DNA from: a virus
DNA: 33,812 bases
Virus record (IMG/VR): IMGVR_UViG_3300000062_000468
Strand: one strand, 5' to 3'
Shown one piece after another: positions 1-7,991 of the stretch (its first letter is position 1; each line of letters opens with the position of its first letter). A program made the position numbers and the translations under genes. The notes under the pieces are model-generated. The model was given only the letters and a program-made list of their open reading frames with translations. It made no database searches and had not been told where the DNA came from.

Positions 1-2
1 TA

Positions 3-482
3 CTTGAAAATTTCAAAGGACTAATGAAAGAACCAGAGTTTAAAACGATTAAACTATCTGAAATATTTGAGAAATATTGTGAGTGCGTTGCATCAAATGT
101 AAACACAAGTAATTTAGAGACAGTTTGTGAAGATGGAGAGCCATATTATGAACATGTCAGCGCAACATTGGATATTAATTGCGAGAGTAGAAAGTGGTTT
201 TCATCAAGCTCAGAGGAGTGCATTGTAACCTTAAATTGTGATGAAGATCCTGATTTGAATTGTGAAATGAAACTTTATAGAAATGAGTCAGATAGAACAT
301 GGTGCATTTTGAAGTATTGTGGAAGTGGAAGTGTTGATATTAACACACTTAGATATATGAATGGCTTTGAAGTATTCATGCATATGCTTGAGAGAGCATT
401 TATAAGGATTGAACTTGACACCCATGGAGAATGTTATCGTGATATTGAACCAGAAGAAAAACCAGAATGGGATTTAAATTAA
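3..482 (+). CDS. Hypothetical phage protein, probably 5'-truncated by the window edge
   Basis: Frame is open from base 3 through ATG 24 to TAA 480-482; acidic. Confidence 0.75.
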   Translation, partial: LENFKGLMKEPEFKTIKLSEIFEKYCECVASNVNTSNLETVCEDGEPYYEHVSATLDINCESRKWFSSSSEECIVTLNCDEDPDLNCEMKLYRNESDRTWCILKYCGSGSVDINTLRYMNGFEVFMHMLERAFIRIELDTHGECYRDIEPEEKPEWDLN

Positions 483-503
483 GACCAAATTCATATTCTA
501 CGG
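482..503 (+). repeat. Junction site J1 AGACCAAA-ttcata-TTCTACGG
   Basis: AA-N6-TTYTACGG family member between stop 482 and SD GGAGGTG. Confidence 0.85.
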
Positions 504-525
504 CAAGTATTGGAGGTGTGATTTA

Positions 526-741
526 ATGTTTAGATTTCTTAAAAGATTAAGTTGTAAACATGAGGATGAAGTGTGCTTAACAAATTTACATGGTGATATG
601 ATTGACATGTTTAACACATCGCCCCAAAAGATATATAGAAGTGTGTGGCAGTGTCAAGACTGCGGTAGGGTTCGACGAAGTGAATATTTGAATAAGAATT
701 GCAACATAGTTAATTTTTGGATAAAAAGAGAAAGACAATGA
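526..741 (+). CDS. Small hypothetical protein with Cys/His residues (CKH...CQDCG), possibly Zn-binding
   Basis: SD GGAGGTG at 512-518; 71 aa. Confidence 0.8.
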   Translation: MFRFLKRLSCKHEDEVCLTNLHGDMIDMFNTSPQKIYRSVWQCQDCGRVRRSEYLNKNCNIVNFWIKRERQ

Positions 742-747
742 AATGTA

Positions 748-769
748 CCATGAATTTGCAGTTCTACGG
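748..769 (+). repeat. Junction site J2 CCATGAAT-ttgcag-TTCTACGG, preceded by an orphan left arm CAATGAAA at 736-743
   Basis: Aligns with the family; the stop TGA 739-741 lies in the orphan arm. Confidence 0.8.
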
Positions 770-790
770 AGAAAGGGTGATAAATATTAA

Positions 791-1183
791 ATGAGAGATA
801 TAACAATTAGCAGAGTAACAGAAGAACAAGCTGTAATCATAAAGAAGTTACATGATGTATTAAAAGAAGATGGTGGTATTGGAAGATTCTCGGACGGATA
901 TCATACCTTCAATGAGCTATATCATCACAGGGCTGTCCTATTTAGTGTGATATGTAAGGAATTTGTACATTTAGCATGGAAATCAAGACAGCATCACGAT
1001 GGAAGTATGTTTAAAGGAATGTTTATAGTTGGTATTAATACACCAGATGGTCAAGCCACATATCATTATGATATAGAGCCATATTGGGATATGTTCGATG
1101 TTCCAGAATATGATTATGCGCCAGAATGGGATGGACATACAGCAGAACAAGCTATAGAGAGAATTGAAAGGTTAAAAGAATAA
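791..1183 (+). CDS. WDGH-domain phage protein
   Basis: SDGYHTFNELYHHR...WKS..HHDG...GQATYHY...WDGHT motifs. Confidence 0.8.
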   Translation: MRDITISRVTEEQAVIIKKLHDVLKEDGGIGRFSDGYHTFNELYHHRAVLFSVICKEFVHLAWKSRQHHDGSMFKGMFIVGINTPDGQATYHYDIEPYWDMFDVPEYDYAPEWDGHTAEQAIERIERLKE

Positions 1184-1185
1184 CC

Positions 1186-1207
1186 AGACAGAACGACGAT
1201 TTTACGG
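1186..1207 (+). repeat. Junction site J3 AGACAGAA-cgacga-TTTTACGG
   Basis: Between stop 1183 and SD AAGGAG. Confidence 0.85.
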
Positions 1208-1223
1208 CAAAGGAGACAAACGG

Positions 1224-1550
1224 ATGATTTTTACAAATGGGTTAATACAAGAAGTGATGACGGGTTATATTGCAGATGAAATAGGTAGTACATATGATTT
1301 ATGTCCAAAAGGGATGACAGATGAGGAAGATGATGAATTTCAAAAAGAATTAAGCGAAAGGACTGTTGATAAAATTATAGATTTTGCAAATGGTGTATTA
1401 ACAGATAATCACAACTGGATGCTTGATGAAATAAAAGATAAGGCTATTGAAATTCACGAACAAGAAGTATCGGCACTATACCGCTGGCAAGATTGCAGCT
1501 CATGCAGCTCATGCGAGTATTATTATGACACTTGCCGAACAAAACACTGA
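1224..1550 (+). CDS. Hypothetical acidic protein; C-terminal tail overlaps the Pth2-like ORF out of frame
   Basis: SD AAGGAG upstream; 108 aa. Confidence 0.75.
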   Translation: MIFTNGLIQEVMTGYIADEIGSTYDLCPKGMTDEEDDEFQKELSERTVDKIIDFANGVLTDNHNWMLDEIKDKAIEIHEQEVSALYRWQDCSSCSSCEYYYDTCRTKH

Positions 1551-1764
1551 GAGGTTTAAAGATTGGTACGATAATGGGAATATGCAACGAAAGATTATAT
1601 TAAAAGCAAAAGAAAAGGATTTAGAAAAGTTGGAAAAGAAATATTATTCTGTTAGAGATAGAGGCTTCTATGAGACAGAAGAGGGAACTTTGGTGGCTGT
1701 ATCTTTAGGGATTATGACTAGAGAAGAAGCTAAACCGATTGTGAAGAGATTTCAACTTTTGTAG
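1447..1764 (+). CDS. Peptidyl-tRNA hydrolase Pth2-like protein, possibly N-terminally truncated
   Basis: GKIAAHAAHAS, QRKIILKA and VRDRG...GTLVAVSLG resemble Pth2 motifs; TTG start with weak SD; 104-nt overlap with the upstream ORF. Confidence 0.7.
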   Translation: MKFTNKKYRHYTAGKIAAHAAHASIIMTLAEQNTERFKDWYDNGNMQRKIILKAKEKDLEKLEKKYYSVRDRGFYETEEGTLVAVSLGIMTREEAKPIVKRFQLL

Positions 1765-1778
1765 GAGGTGAAGTAGGA

Positions 1779-2030
1779 ATGAATGATATTAAAATTAATC
1801 AAAATGACCAGTTAATCGTTGGTAAGCGTAGTTGTGGACTTGGTGATTATGTAACCATTAGTACAAACAATGGGAATATACTATCGGGTAGAATATTAAA
1901 AATATTACACTATGCAGGAACGATAAAAATGGCGATATTCGAAGACTATAGATATGAGAATATAACTGTGAACGTTGATAATATAGACGGCGTTATCAGC
2001 AATAATACAGAGGCAGGGAAGCCAATATAA
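1779..2030 (+). CDS. Hypothetical protein
   Basis: SD GGAGGTG; 83 aa; stop lies inside site J4. Confidence 0.75.
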   Translation: MNDIKINQNDQLIVGKRSCGLGDYVTISTNNGNILSGRILKILHYAGTIKMAIFEDYRYENITVNVDNIDGVISNNTEAGKPI

Positions 2031-2044
2031 TAATGGTTTTACGG
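2023..2044 (+). repeat. Junction site J4 CAATATAA-taatgg-TTTTACGG
   Basis: Contains stop TAA 2028-2030; right arm runs into SD GGAGG. Confidence 0.85.
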
Positions 2045-2054
2045 AGGTTTTGTA

Positions 2055-2219
2055 GTGGATAATGAATATACAAGAAGAGAAAAGATTTGTTTACTAATAG
2101 GTAACATGTGCGACAGAGAAGACAAAGATTGCTCAATATGCATAGCCGAAGAAGAACTGTGGCAAATAGAACAATCGAGAGCTGATTTGGCGGTCAGCAC
2201 AAGTGAAACGAATGGCTAA
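2055..2219 (+). CDS. Small Cys-containing hypothetical protein (54 aa, not in the ORF track)
   Basis: SD GGAGG 2043-2047, GTG start, MDNEYTRREKICLLIGNMCDREDKDCSICIAEEE..., TAA 2217-2219. Confidence 0.7.
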   Translation: MDNEYTRREKICLLIGNMCDREDKDCSICIAEEELWQIEQSRADLAVSTSETNG

Positions 2220-2265
2220 TATTAAAAATCCAAATTAAAAATTGAATACGAAGAGAGGTGATTTA

Positions 2266-2727
2266 GTGAAACTTACAGTAACTTGTGTTTCTTCGGGTTG
2301 TGTGGCAACTGTAGACATGGATGAATTGTTTAGCAGATATAAATACACAATAAGTTATAGCGATCATAAAGGCAGACATTGTGATTACAGAAGTTTTTAT
2401 TACGCAAGAGGCATTATAGATAAAGTAAGAATAAACGTCAACCCATACAACCTCGTTGACGTTGAGGTAGAGAAAGCATTTTTAAATTGTACAAATCTAC
2501 CACCACGAGAAATTAAATATTATGACGAAACATACATTGTTGAAATCGATGGTGCAACAGAAGATTACATTAATAATAAAATAAATCAAATAAACAAACA
2601 TATTACAAGGGCAGAGGTTTGTATGAGGGAAGAAATAGAATATTCGATTAAACAGTTTGAAGATAAAAAGTTTCATGGGGAAAAACGGATTGCCAAATTA
2701 CAAAAGAGGATAAATAAAAGTATGTAA
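2266..2727 (+). CDS. Hypothetical protein
   Basis: SD GAGGTG before the in-frame GTG 2266. Confidence 0.75.
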   Translation: MKLTVTCVSSGCVATVDMDELFSRYKYTISYSDHKGRHCDYRSFYYARGIIDKVRINVNPYNLVDVEVEKAFLNCTNLPPREIKYYDETYIVEIDGATEDYINNKINQINKHITRAEVCMREEIEYSIKQFEDKKFHGEKRIAKLQKRINKSM

Positions 2728-2743
2728 AAAGATTATTTGGTTG
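2722..2743 (+). repeat. Junction site J5 ATGTAAAA-agatta-TTTGGTTG
   Basis: Contains stop TAA 2725-2727; right arm identical to J14. Confidence 0.65.
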
Positions 2744-2764
2744 GCATAAGGAGTGAATTATTAA

Positions 2765-2962
2765 ATGAAAGAAACAGATATAACAGTTATAACCAGACCA
2801 GACGCAGTGACTTTTGAATGTCCATATTGTGAAAATAGAAACAAAATACATTATGGCGATTTCTGTGATGAGCATGGCGAAGTTTGCGATTGGGGATGCG
2901 AAGCCGTTGTGTGTGGGGAATGTGAAAAGGATATCAAAATCGGATGTATTGATTGGGATTAG
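2765..2962 (+). CDS. Small zinc-ribbon protein
   Basis: CPYC and CGEC pairs; SD AAGGAG. Confidence 0.8.
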   Translation: MKETDITVITRPDAVTFECPYCENRNKIHYGDFCDEHGEVCDWGCEAVVCGECEKDIKIGCIDWD

Positions 2963-2989
2963 TGGCAACTTGAGTAGGAGGTGAATTAG

Positions 2990-3688
2990 ATGTATTACGA
3001 AGATTATGAATACGATGTCGAGCCTAGTGAAGCAGATGATTTACTAGAAGAGTTCAAAAAGAAGGCATGGGAATTAATTAAACCTGATGTTCAAAATGTA
3101 TTAGTAAAGCGTAATGAAGAAATTTCTGGTTTGAAAAATAAGTTAGCCAATGCCAATAAGACAATAAGTGAATTGAAAAGCGATTTGAGAGATAAAACAT
3201 TAGCTTACGAGCAGCAAGAAAAGAAATACACAAAAGATTTAATGAAAAATCTCGAAGAGTATTGTGGAAGAACTTATTACTTTACCAAGAGAAATTTCCT
3301 TAATAATGATGTTACGACAGTTGTAAGTGATAACCCTGTTACAGAAAACGACAACTATTTTGTAGAAACAGCGACAACGATAAGTAATGATTTTGTTAGT
3401 ATTGAAGAAATTAAGTTAATATCCGTATTAGGTGATTTATTTATCAGAGAAAACGGAGACGTTTTCGGTTCGGTAAAAACAGAGGATTATGATGGTTACT
3501 CAGAACGTAAAAAAGTAGAAGTGGTTGAATATTATACAAGCGAAACACGGGAAAAAGATGTGTGGCGAACTCAAATTGTGTTTACCAACAAAGAAGAAGC
3601 ACAAAAATACGCCGATAAATTAACAAAAGAAATGCAGAAACCAGTAACGACATACCAATTGGTTTATAAAGAACCTAACCAAATGTAG
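2990..3688 (+). CDS. Hypothetical protein with N-terminal coiled coil
   Basis: SD GGAGGTG; 232 aa with a heptad-like K/E-rich segment. Confidence 0.8.
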   Translation: MYYEDYEYDVEPSEADDLLEEFKKKAWELIKPDVQNVLVKRNEEISGLKNKLANANKTISELKSDLRDKTLAYEQQEKKYTKDLMKNLEEYCGRTYYFTKRNFLNNDVTTVVSDNPVTENDNYFVETATTISNDFVSIEEIKLISVLGDLFIRENGDVFGSVKTEDYDGYSERKKVEVVEYYTSETREKDVWRTQIVFTNKEEAQKYADKLTKEMQKPVTTYQLVYKEPNQM

Positions 3689-3697
3689 ATTTTACGG
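3676..3697 (+). repeat. Junction site J6 TAACCAAA-tgtaga-TTTTACGG
   Basis: Stop TAG 3686-3688 lies in the spacer. Confidence 0.85.
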
Positions 3698-3712
3698 TAT
3701 TTTAGAAAGAGG

Positions 3713-4384
3713 GTGAAGCAGGTAGAAAATAGAAATTATTCAATAATCACGAACTTTGGGTGTCATTGGAGGTGTCCGTATTGCATTGTAAAGAATAATA
3801 ATTTACAGATTCCTAAAACAAATATGGATAAGGTAAGTAAAAGGTTAGAACAGTTAATAGCTGACAATAAAATTGATTTCTTGAGTATTAGTGGTGGCGG
3901 TGATCCATTATACAATCTGAATTATGAGAGAATGGGAAAATATATATCATGGGGAATGTTATGTAAGTATTATGGGATAGAATATGAATTGCACACCTCG
4001 TATGTTGATTATGGAAAGAGTGATTTTCCAGCAATCTTTAACACCGTCGTTTATCATTGTAGAAGTTTTGAAGAATTAAATATGATTGCAAGATTAGGTA
4101 ATGAAACGGTCAGAGTAGTATTCGTAGTACAAGAACATTTTACAAAAAAGTATATAGATAAGATTGAAAAGTTCGTACAAGATTCAGATATTATTACACA
4201 GTTATCTTTTAGACAACGAATAGATGGTAACTATCAAGAAACATTTACAGAGTATGAATATTTAAAATCTGGACACGGTACAAGGTGGCATTATATAGAA
4301 CAGAATGATTATAACAATTACATAGTGAATGATGAGATTTATACTTGTTATCAAGATATTGGAAAGAAGGTGATAGGTTGTTAA
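3713..4384 (+). CDS. Radical SAM protein (small, substrate unknown)
   Basis: CxxxCxxC (CHWRCPYC) and SGGGDPL glycine motif. Confidence 0.85.
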   Translation: MKQVENRNYSIITNFGCHWRCPYCIVKNNNLQIPKTNMDKVSKRLEQLIADNKIDFLSISGGGDPLYNLNYERMGKYISWGMLCKYYGIEYELHTSYVDYGKSDFPAIFNTVVYHCRSFEELNMIARLGNETVRVVFVVQEHFTKKYIDKIEKFVQDSDIITQLSFRQRIDGNYQETFTEYEYLKSGHGTRWHYIEQNDYNNYIVNDEIYTCYQDIGKKVIGC

Positions 4385-4386
4385 AA

Positions 4387-4890
4387 ATGGCACTTCTATA
4401 TAAAGAAGAGGTTGAGAAAAGAATGATTGCTACTTGGCTAATTCCTAAGTATAAATACTACCATTATGGTTCGTATTGTGATGAAGTGAGAATTGAAGAA
4501 AGTACATGGAATAAAATCCAAATGGCTTCAGTACATAACGGGGAAGTGATAGGCTATCTAAGTATTTCGATTGGTAGAGACTGCAATAAGGCATCTGGAT
4601 TAGAGATAATTAGATTTAACGATAATAATGAGTGTACTCTTGAGTGGACTGCGGATTTGTATAAATTCGTGACAGATTTGTTCAAAGTATATCAATTCAG
4701 AAAATTATCTTTTAGTGTTGTGGTTGGTAATCCGGCAGAAGACCATTATGATAGGATAATTGCCAAATTACACGCCAGAGTTGTTGGCATTGAAAAAGAA
4801 CATATTAAGTTATGGGATGGTAAATTATATGATGTTAAAAATTATGAAGTTCTGAGAGCTGAAACAAAGTATGTGAATGAGACTATATAG
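4387..4890 (+). CDS. GNAT (RimJ/RimL-like) acetyltransferase
   Basis: GEVIGYLSI, FRKLSFSVVVGNPA and VVGIEKEHIKLWDGKLYDVKNYEV match the RimJ/L-type pattern; start chosen at ATG 4387. Confidence 0.75.
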   Translation: MALLYKEEVEKRMIATWLIPKYKYYHYGSYCDEVRIEESTWNKIQMASVHNGEVIGYLSISIGRDCNKASGLEIIRFNDNNECTLEWTADLYKFVTDLFKVYQFRKLSFSVVVGNPAEDHYDRIIAKLHARVVGIEKEHIKLWDGKLYDVKNYEVLRAETKYVNETI

Positions 4891-4902
4891 GAAGGTGAGT
4901 AA

Positions 4903-5139
4903 ATGATTATAAATATTAAAGCCGATATTCCGGACAGATGGAAAGACGAATTTATATCCATGTTAAAAAGGATGCAGTTATTTGGAGAGATGGGACATTC
5001 TGGTTGGATTGGATTATATTCAGATGGCGATGGTGATTTTAGACCTAAGTTTGAAGTCAACAATAGGGTTTGGGAATTTACACAACCAGCAATTGAACAT
5101 GAAAAAGTATCCATTGATTATGGATACGATGCTAGCTAA
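4903..5139 (+). CDS. Hypothetical phage protein (GHS...YSDGDGDFRP motif)
   Basis: SD AAGGTG; 78 aa. Confidence 0.8.
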   Translation: MIINIKADIPDRWKDEFISMLKRMQLFGEMGHSGWIGLYSDGDGDFRPKFEVNNRVWEFTQPAIEHEKVSIDYGYDAS

Positions 5140-5145
5140 GAAAGG

Positions 5146-5340
5146 ATGTGGAAAATGACTAATTTAGAAAAAATCAATAATTTGCCTTTAGAAGACTTTG
5201 CTTCTTTATTATTACAGACAGAGAATGATAACTATGATATTTTACACTTTTTATCTCCTTGTGATGATTATTATGAATGGATGGATGAGGATGATGCTAT
5301 TGAGGCTACTGTTAAATGGTTGTTAAAAGAAAGTGAATGA
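5146..5340 (+). CDS. Small hypothetical phage protein
   Basis: MTNLEKI...WLLKESE; the start may be ATG 5155. Confidence 0.75.
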   Translation: MWKMTNLEKINNLPLEDFASLLLQTENDNYDILHFLSPCDDYYEWMDEDDAIEATVKWLLKESE

Positions 5341-5356
5341 AATCCCTCTTTGACAG
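5335..5356 (+). repeat. Junction site J7 GAATGAAA-tccctc-TTTGACAG
   Basis: Contains stop TGA 5338-5340; arms and GGA flank nearly match J12. Confidence 0.8.
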
Positions 5357-5439
5357 GGAATAAAATGAGCTGGTACAAAATATACACTAGTTAATAAGGA
5401 AGGAGTGTATGGTGTTAATTACATCATACAAGGATATAA

Positions 5440-5694
5440 ATGAAGAAAAGAATACTATGTTTTGGTATTTTACTAATTATGATTTTGACTTTAAATGGTT
5501 GCGGGAATAAAAAAATATTCGATATGACCTACACATTTAAGAAGGCTATTATAGAAATGCCATCAGGAGATGTACTGGAATTAGAAATACAAAATTGGAG
5601 AGATTTTGAAGATGGCGACCAGTTACAAATCAAAGCTACTGATGGAAATACATATTTAGTTCATTCGAGCAAATGTGTATTGATGGTTAAGTAA
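5440..5694 (+). CDS. Small phage lipoprotein
   Basis: Basic N-terminus, hydrophobic stretch and lipobox LNG-C. Confidence 0.85.
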   Translation: MKKRILCFGILLIMILTLNGCGNKKIFDMTYTFKKAIIEMPSGDVLELEIQNWRDFEDGDQLQIKATDGNTYLVHSSKCVLMVK

Positions 5695-5695
5695 T

Positions 5696-5815
5696 ATGAT
5701 AAGGCATCGATTAGTGAAGTATACATTTGACAGAAGACAATATGCTGAATCATGGATACAAATAGATATATTTGGTAAGAGTTTTGCTTTTTGTAAAAAG
5801 AAAATAATTATATAA
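5696..5815 (+). CDS. Small hypothetical protein (39 aa, not in the ORF track)
   Basis: MIRHRLVKYTFDRRQYAESWIQIDIFGKSFAFCKKKIII; fills the gap and starts 1 nt after the upstream stop. Confidence 0.6.
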   Translation: MIRHRLVKYTFDRRQYAESWIQIDIFGKSFAFCKKKIII

Positions 5816-5833
5816 GAAAGTTGAGGTATTGAA

Positions 5834-6028
5834 ATGAGTGGTCAGAAATTACAATTTGAGGCGAATAATGACTTGTTCGACCCTGAACAAGATTTGAACA
5901 AGAGGAAGAAACGACAACAAACATTTGCAAAAGTCGTTCGCAACACAACAGATACTTTTGCTGAAATGTTAAGTAGAACTAGTAGGGATAAGATGAAACG
6001 TAAGACAAAAAGAAGTAATGTATATTAG
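5834..6028 (+). CDS. Small basic hypothetical protein
   Basis: SD GAGGT; 64 aa, K/R-rich. Confidence 0.7.
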   Translation: MSGQKLQFEANNDLFDPEQDLNKRKKRQQTFAKVVRNTTDTFAEMLSRTSRDKMKRKTKRSNVY

Positions 6029-6064
6029 GATGATAATGAAGAAAGTTGGTGATAAAAATTGAGT

Positions 6065-6577
6065 ATGCAAGAAATTGTAAAGAAGATCGAAGATGATTTT
6101 CAAAAAGAAGTCGCAGAGGTGCTTGATAAGTACAATAAGAAACTAAATGAAGCTACTGATTGTGAAATTGTATCCAAGGTGTAGAAACCAAGAGTAAGAG
6201 AGGGATACTACTATATTAGTGAGTGGGGAACTATAAGTGATGAAGTTTGGAGTGGCGACGATTATGATAATGGATTGTATGAAATTGGTAACATGTTTAT
6301 AACAGAAGCCCATGCTGAATTAGAATTGGAAAAACTGAAAATATGGACGAAGTTAAGACGATATGCAGAAGATCATAATCCAGTACCTCTTGATTGGGAT
6401 AATGAAGAGCAACAAAAGTATACGCCTTATATAGCTGTACCTGATGGGGTTTTAGCAGACCAGCACCCAACAGAAAGATATTCCCCATTGCAAATATTTA
6501 CATTAGAAAAGGTGTGCATAGATGCGGTAGAATACATAGGTGGTATTGAGAAATTAATAATATTATTAGAGCAATAA
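6065..6577 (+). pseudogene. Phage protein interrupted by an in-frame TAG at 6182-6184
   Basis: ATG 6065 is in frame with ORF 6275-6577; reads SKV*KPRVREGYYYISEWG...GNMFITE; 170 codons if repaired. Confidence 0.75.
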
Positions 6578-6597
6578 AAGAAATACTCATTTGGCGA
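6576..6597 (+). repeat. Junction site J8 AAAAGAAA-tactca-TTTGGCGA
   Basis: Follows stop 6577; right arm and about 25 bp of flank resemble J9. Confidence 0.75.
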
Positions 6598-6686
6598 TGA
6601 GAATATAAAACGAACGACTGAAAACCCAAGAAAAATATAAGAAGAAATAGAACAACAATTTCATAAGCAGTAAATTTACATATTAG

Positions 6687-6728
6687 TTACTTTATGTTCC
6701 GCCCTTAGTGGCGTTCAAATATAAGTAA
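6687..6728 (+). promoter_or_regulatory. Leader hairpin upstream of the SSB-like gene
   Basis: TTACTTTATGTT/AATATAAGTAA outer stem and CGCC/GGCG inner stem. Confidence 0.45.
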
Positions 6729-6771
6729 GTGTTATTAAGTTGCACAAAATTGGAAAATACAAGGAGAAAAT

Positions 6772-7944
6772 ATGGCAAAAGAGAAAAAGAAATTAGAAAG
6801 AAAAAATTGGATTAGTTCATTTGCTTTAATTGGAGAGGCAAAGGTAAATGATGAATACTCATTCTCAATGGACAACAAATCAGAAAAATCAGATTGGGTT
6901 TATCACAGAATGAATCTAGGTGTAGACTGTGGCGATATCTGCGGAACTGTATATGCCGAATTGATGGGTGGCTATGGAGCAGAAAGAGATATGGTTGTTT
7001 ATGTGCATGGCAAGAATGAAGATGGTACAGATGATTGGGATAACCGATTTGAGATTGATTGGGATGATCGTGATAACGAGGAAATCTTAGAAACTGTTGG
7101 CGATTTCTGTTTTATGACAGTGGGTATTGAAAAGAGTAAAGAGGGTAAGACGTTTTATAAGAAATTCTTAACACAATATGACCTTATTGCTTATGTAAAA
7201 GAACATTTGGAAGATGGAATGGTCGTGAATGTGAAAGGAAATTTAAAATACTCTTCGTATAACGGAAATACGCAGGTGAAGAAAGAAATTAACAGCATTG
7301 CCTTATCGAAAGCAGAGAACAGAAGTAAATATGGTGCTAAGTTCATTCAGACCATGTTGCTTACAAAAGATAGTATTGGTGCGACTGACAAAGAAAATGG
7401 TGTTATTCAAATTAATGCTAAAGTATTAGATTACCTTAAAGAATACAAAGGTAAAACAGTAAAGGCTCAAATTCCTTATGCAAAGACTTTTGAATTTGAA
7501 GCAGACCTTTCCAATAAGGAAATGGTTGAAAAAATCATGACCAAGGTATTTAAGGTGACAAAGGGTGTTACAGAGGCTACGTTTGAAGGCGATTTAGTAG
7601 AAGGTGGTGCAGTTGTTAATGTAACTGTAGATGATATTCCAGACGACATTAAAGTATTGATTGAACTTGGTGTTTACACAGAAGAAGAGGCTTTGCAAAA
7701 GTGTTCAGATGACACAAATAAAGCAAGACGCATGGTTATCCGCAAGCCACAAATCAAAATGGTGGAAGATGCAGATGGCAATAAGACACCGGTTATTCAG
7801 AAGTTTGAAAAGAAATACGCTGAAGAAGATTTGGTTATGGACTTTATGGATGAAGAAGATGAGTCGGTAGATGAAGCACAAGAACCAACGGAAGAACCAA
7901 TTATAGCAACCGAAGAGGAAGAAGATTGGTTGAAAGACTTATAG
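6772..7944 (+). CDS. Putative single-stranded DNA-binding protein (first gene of the replication module)
   Basis: OB-fold-like segment (GMVVNVKGNLKYSSY), very acidic tail ending DWLKDL, and position before the AAA ATPase and helicase. Confidence 0.6.
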   Translation: MAKEKKKLERKNWISSFALIGEAKVNDEYSFSMDNKSEKSDWVYHRMNLGVDCGDICGTVYAELMGGYGAERDMVVYVHGKNEDGTDDWDNRFEIDWDDRDNEEILETVGDFCFMTVGIEKSKEGKTFYKKFLTQYDLIAYVKEHLEDGMVVNVKGNLKYSSYNGNTQVKKEINSIALSKAENRSKYGAKFIQTMLLTKDSIGATDKENGVIQINAKVLDYLKEYKGKTVKAQIPYAKTFEFEADLSNKEMVEKIMTKVFKVTKGVTEATFEGDLVEGGAVVNVTVDDIPDDIKVLIELGVYTEEEALQKCSDDTNKARRMVIRKPQIKMVEDADGNKTPVIQKFEKKYAEEDLVMDFMDEEDESVDEAQEPTEEPIIATEEEEDWLKDL

Positions 7945-7991
7945 GAATAACACATAAATGACAAAATCAAAATATGAAGGAGTAATTATAT

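Noticed and set aside
2221-2242. Possible extra junction site ATTAAAAA-tccaaa-TTAAAAAT
   Set aside because: Only AA-N6-TT matches; the right arm does not fit, and such matches are expected in AT-rich DNA.
6182-6184. TAG reassignment (alternative genetic code)
   Set aside because: TAG is the true stop of many genes here (dnaB, dut, nrdD, amino-methyltransferase), and long genes have no internal TAG.
7661-7870. Nested + strand 69-aa ORF
   Set aside because: Out-of-frame overlap inside the SSB-like gene, with no SD or motif.
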